Origin: Pavona decussata
Lineage: Eukaryota
DNA: 64,000 nt
Reading direction: 5' to 3'
NCBI GenBank assembly: GCA_977016875.1
Contig: CDRNST010000025.1
Span: 2,604,001 to 2,668,000, forward strand
The notes under the pieces were generated by a model that was given only the letters and a program-made list of their open reading frames with translations, searched no databases and was not told where the DNA came from. How positions within the stretch are numbered: position 1 is the stretch's first letter; every line of letters begins with the position of its first letter. Of the stretch, positions 62,715-64,000 are shown in pieces. A program made the position numbers and the translations under genes.

Positions 62715-64000
62715 CGTTGTATCAGGGTCCCTTGTTTAAACAGGTCAGTGTTATGAGTCAGCCGCACCTGCCCCAACCCCCCGGATTTTTTAAATAACTC
62801 CTCTTTTGTTTGACCTGAATCAACGTTTCTGAATTTTGTTAAAAGCCAAGTACAAAAGACAAAAATAAAAATAAAATAAATCAATTCATTGCGTTCGACG
62901 TAGTAAGAGCGCACTCCTAATACAGATTGATTGTGTGGGACAACGTTGACTCAGTGAATGATGCGTATGTGACATAGATAGACAGAGCCTGGGATCGAAA
63001 TCATCGAACGCATATTCTTCCATTATTACTAGTTGTATAACTGATAGATATCAAATGTGAATAAGGGAGAAACGAAGACACACACACATTTGATATCTTG
63101 TTGTTGTTGTTTGTTCGTTAATAAATATAGATACCGGAAAATATATAGCAACTGACTGGGTTTTGAAATAATAATAGTAATAAAAAAGCCGCAATGGCTC
63201 CTGAAAAGAAGATAAAGTAGATTTTATATTCGGGTAAGATAGATATCTGTACCACACGTGCGTGATGGGATAAAAATTTCGCGTGACACAGAACATGCAT
63301 GACTGCACAAGAATTTCGGTTTTCATTGAGGCGTAGACATTTCAGCGAATTGTAAACGGAAGAAGGAAGTGCTTACCTTGCAGTTTGATTATTCGATCGC
63401 CAAGTCTTAAATTGAGTTTCGCTTTTTAGTGGCAACAGCACCCGTTCAGCGACGTCTAAAGAAATTTGGTAAGTACACGGGTAATCCTCAGCACATTTGA
63501 TAGCTGTTTGCGTAGGACAACATGTTTGCATGAATCCGATCGACTTGAATGGCGCCGATTATGTTGTTGGACTGGCTTCGCCTAGTTGTAACACGGGAAA
63601 ATTTACCTTCTCTCACGCAGAAATGACTACAAGATTGTGTTTGCAGCGTTTGCCTTTTCAGTTGCTCTATCATTCGAGAAAGTTTTTATTGTCGGTCGAG
63701 TCTCAAAGTATCAAATGTCTCAGCAATTTTTAAGTAGCGTGAACTAGAAATTCCAAGGGATTGCGTCGCCAATTTAGTCGTCGGATTGTCAAGACATTTG
63801 AGCCCTTATTGCGCTTGTTATCATTTTATTACTATCGGGGGGGGGGGGGGGGGGGAGGGGGGGAATGAGAAAAGCAGTCAGATAGTCGGAAATCTTGGCT
63901 GATTTCCACACGCAATGCAAATTGATTTCTGTCTTACGCAAGAGGTCAAGTTATTTAATATGCTGCACGATTGTTTTGACTGATTGTGTTCTTGGTTGTA
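62714..64000 (+). other. Upstream/5' region of a fourth tandem copy (D)
   Basis: Collinear with 34930-36100 (upstream of C) and with 15170-15845 (upstream of B). Includes a candidate 5' exon at 63430-63468. Confidence 0.75.

Overview
AT-rich, intron-containing eukaryotic DNA. The gene content and repeat families suggest a cnidarian, probably a stony coral (inference). The window is a head-to-tail tandem array, all on the + strand, of one large multi-exon gene encoding a modular ROCO-family protein. I reconstructed the exons by hand from GT/AG sites and reading-frame phase. Copy A (5' part outside the window, visible 779-13622) reads COR - GT-B/GT4 glycosyltransferase - OTU - Death and is open throughout. 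Copy B (about 15846-32158) has the same layout plus Roc but is a pseudogene with its TPR exon deleted. Copy C (39034-58977) is complete and in frame at about 1568 aa: ten 40-aa TPR repeats - Roc - COR - OTU - a divergent Death domain, with no glycosyltransferase. The upstream region of a fourth copy D starts at about 62714. The effector modules sit in phase 1-1 symmetric exon cassettes that differ between copies, and the TPR array is highly homogeneous except at a few hypervariable helix positions. Together this suggests an NLR-like, ROCO-based diversifying immune receptor family; that function is inferred, not shown. Also present are a CRE-like RT-RLE retrotransposon flanked by (TTA)n, a tRNA-derived repeat, several MITE/foldback elements and a 206-N assembly gap.
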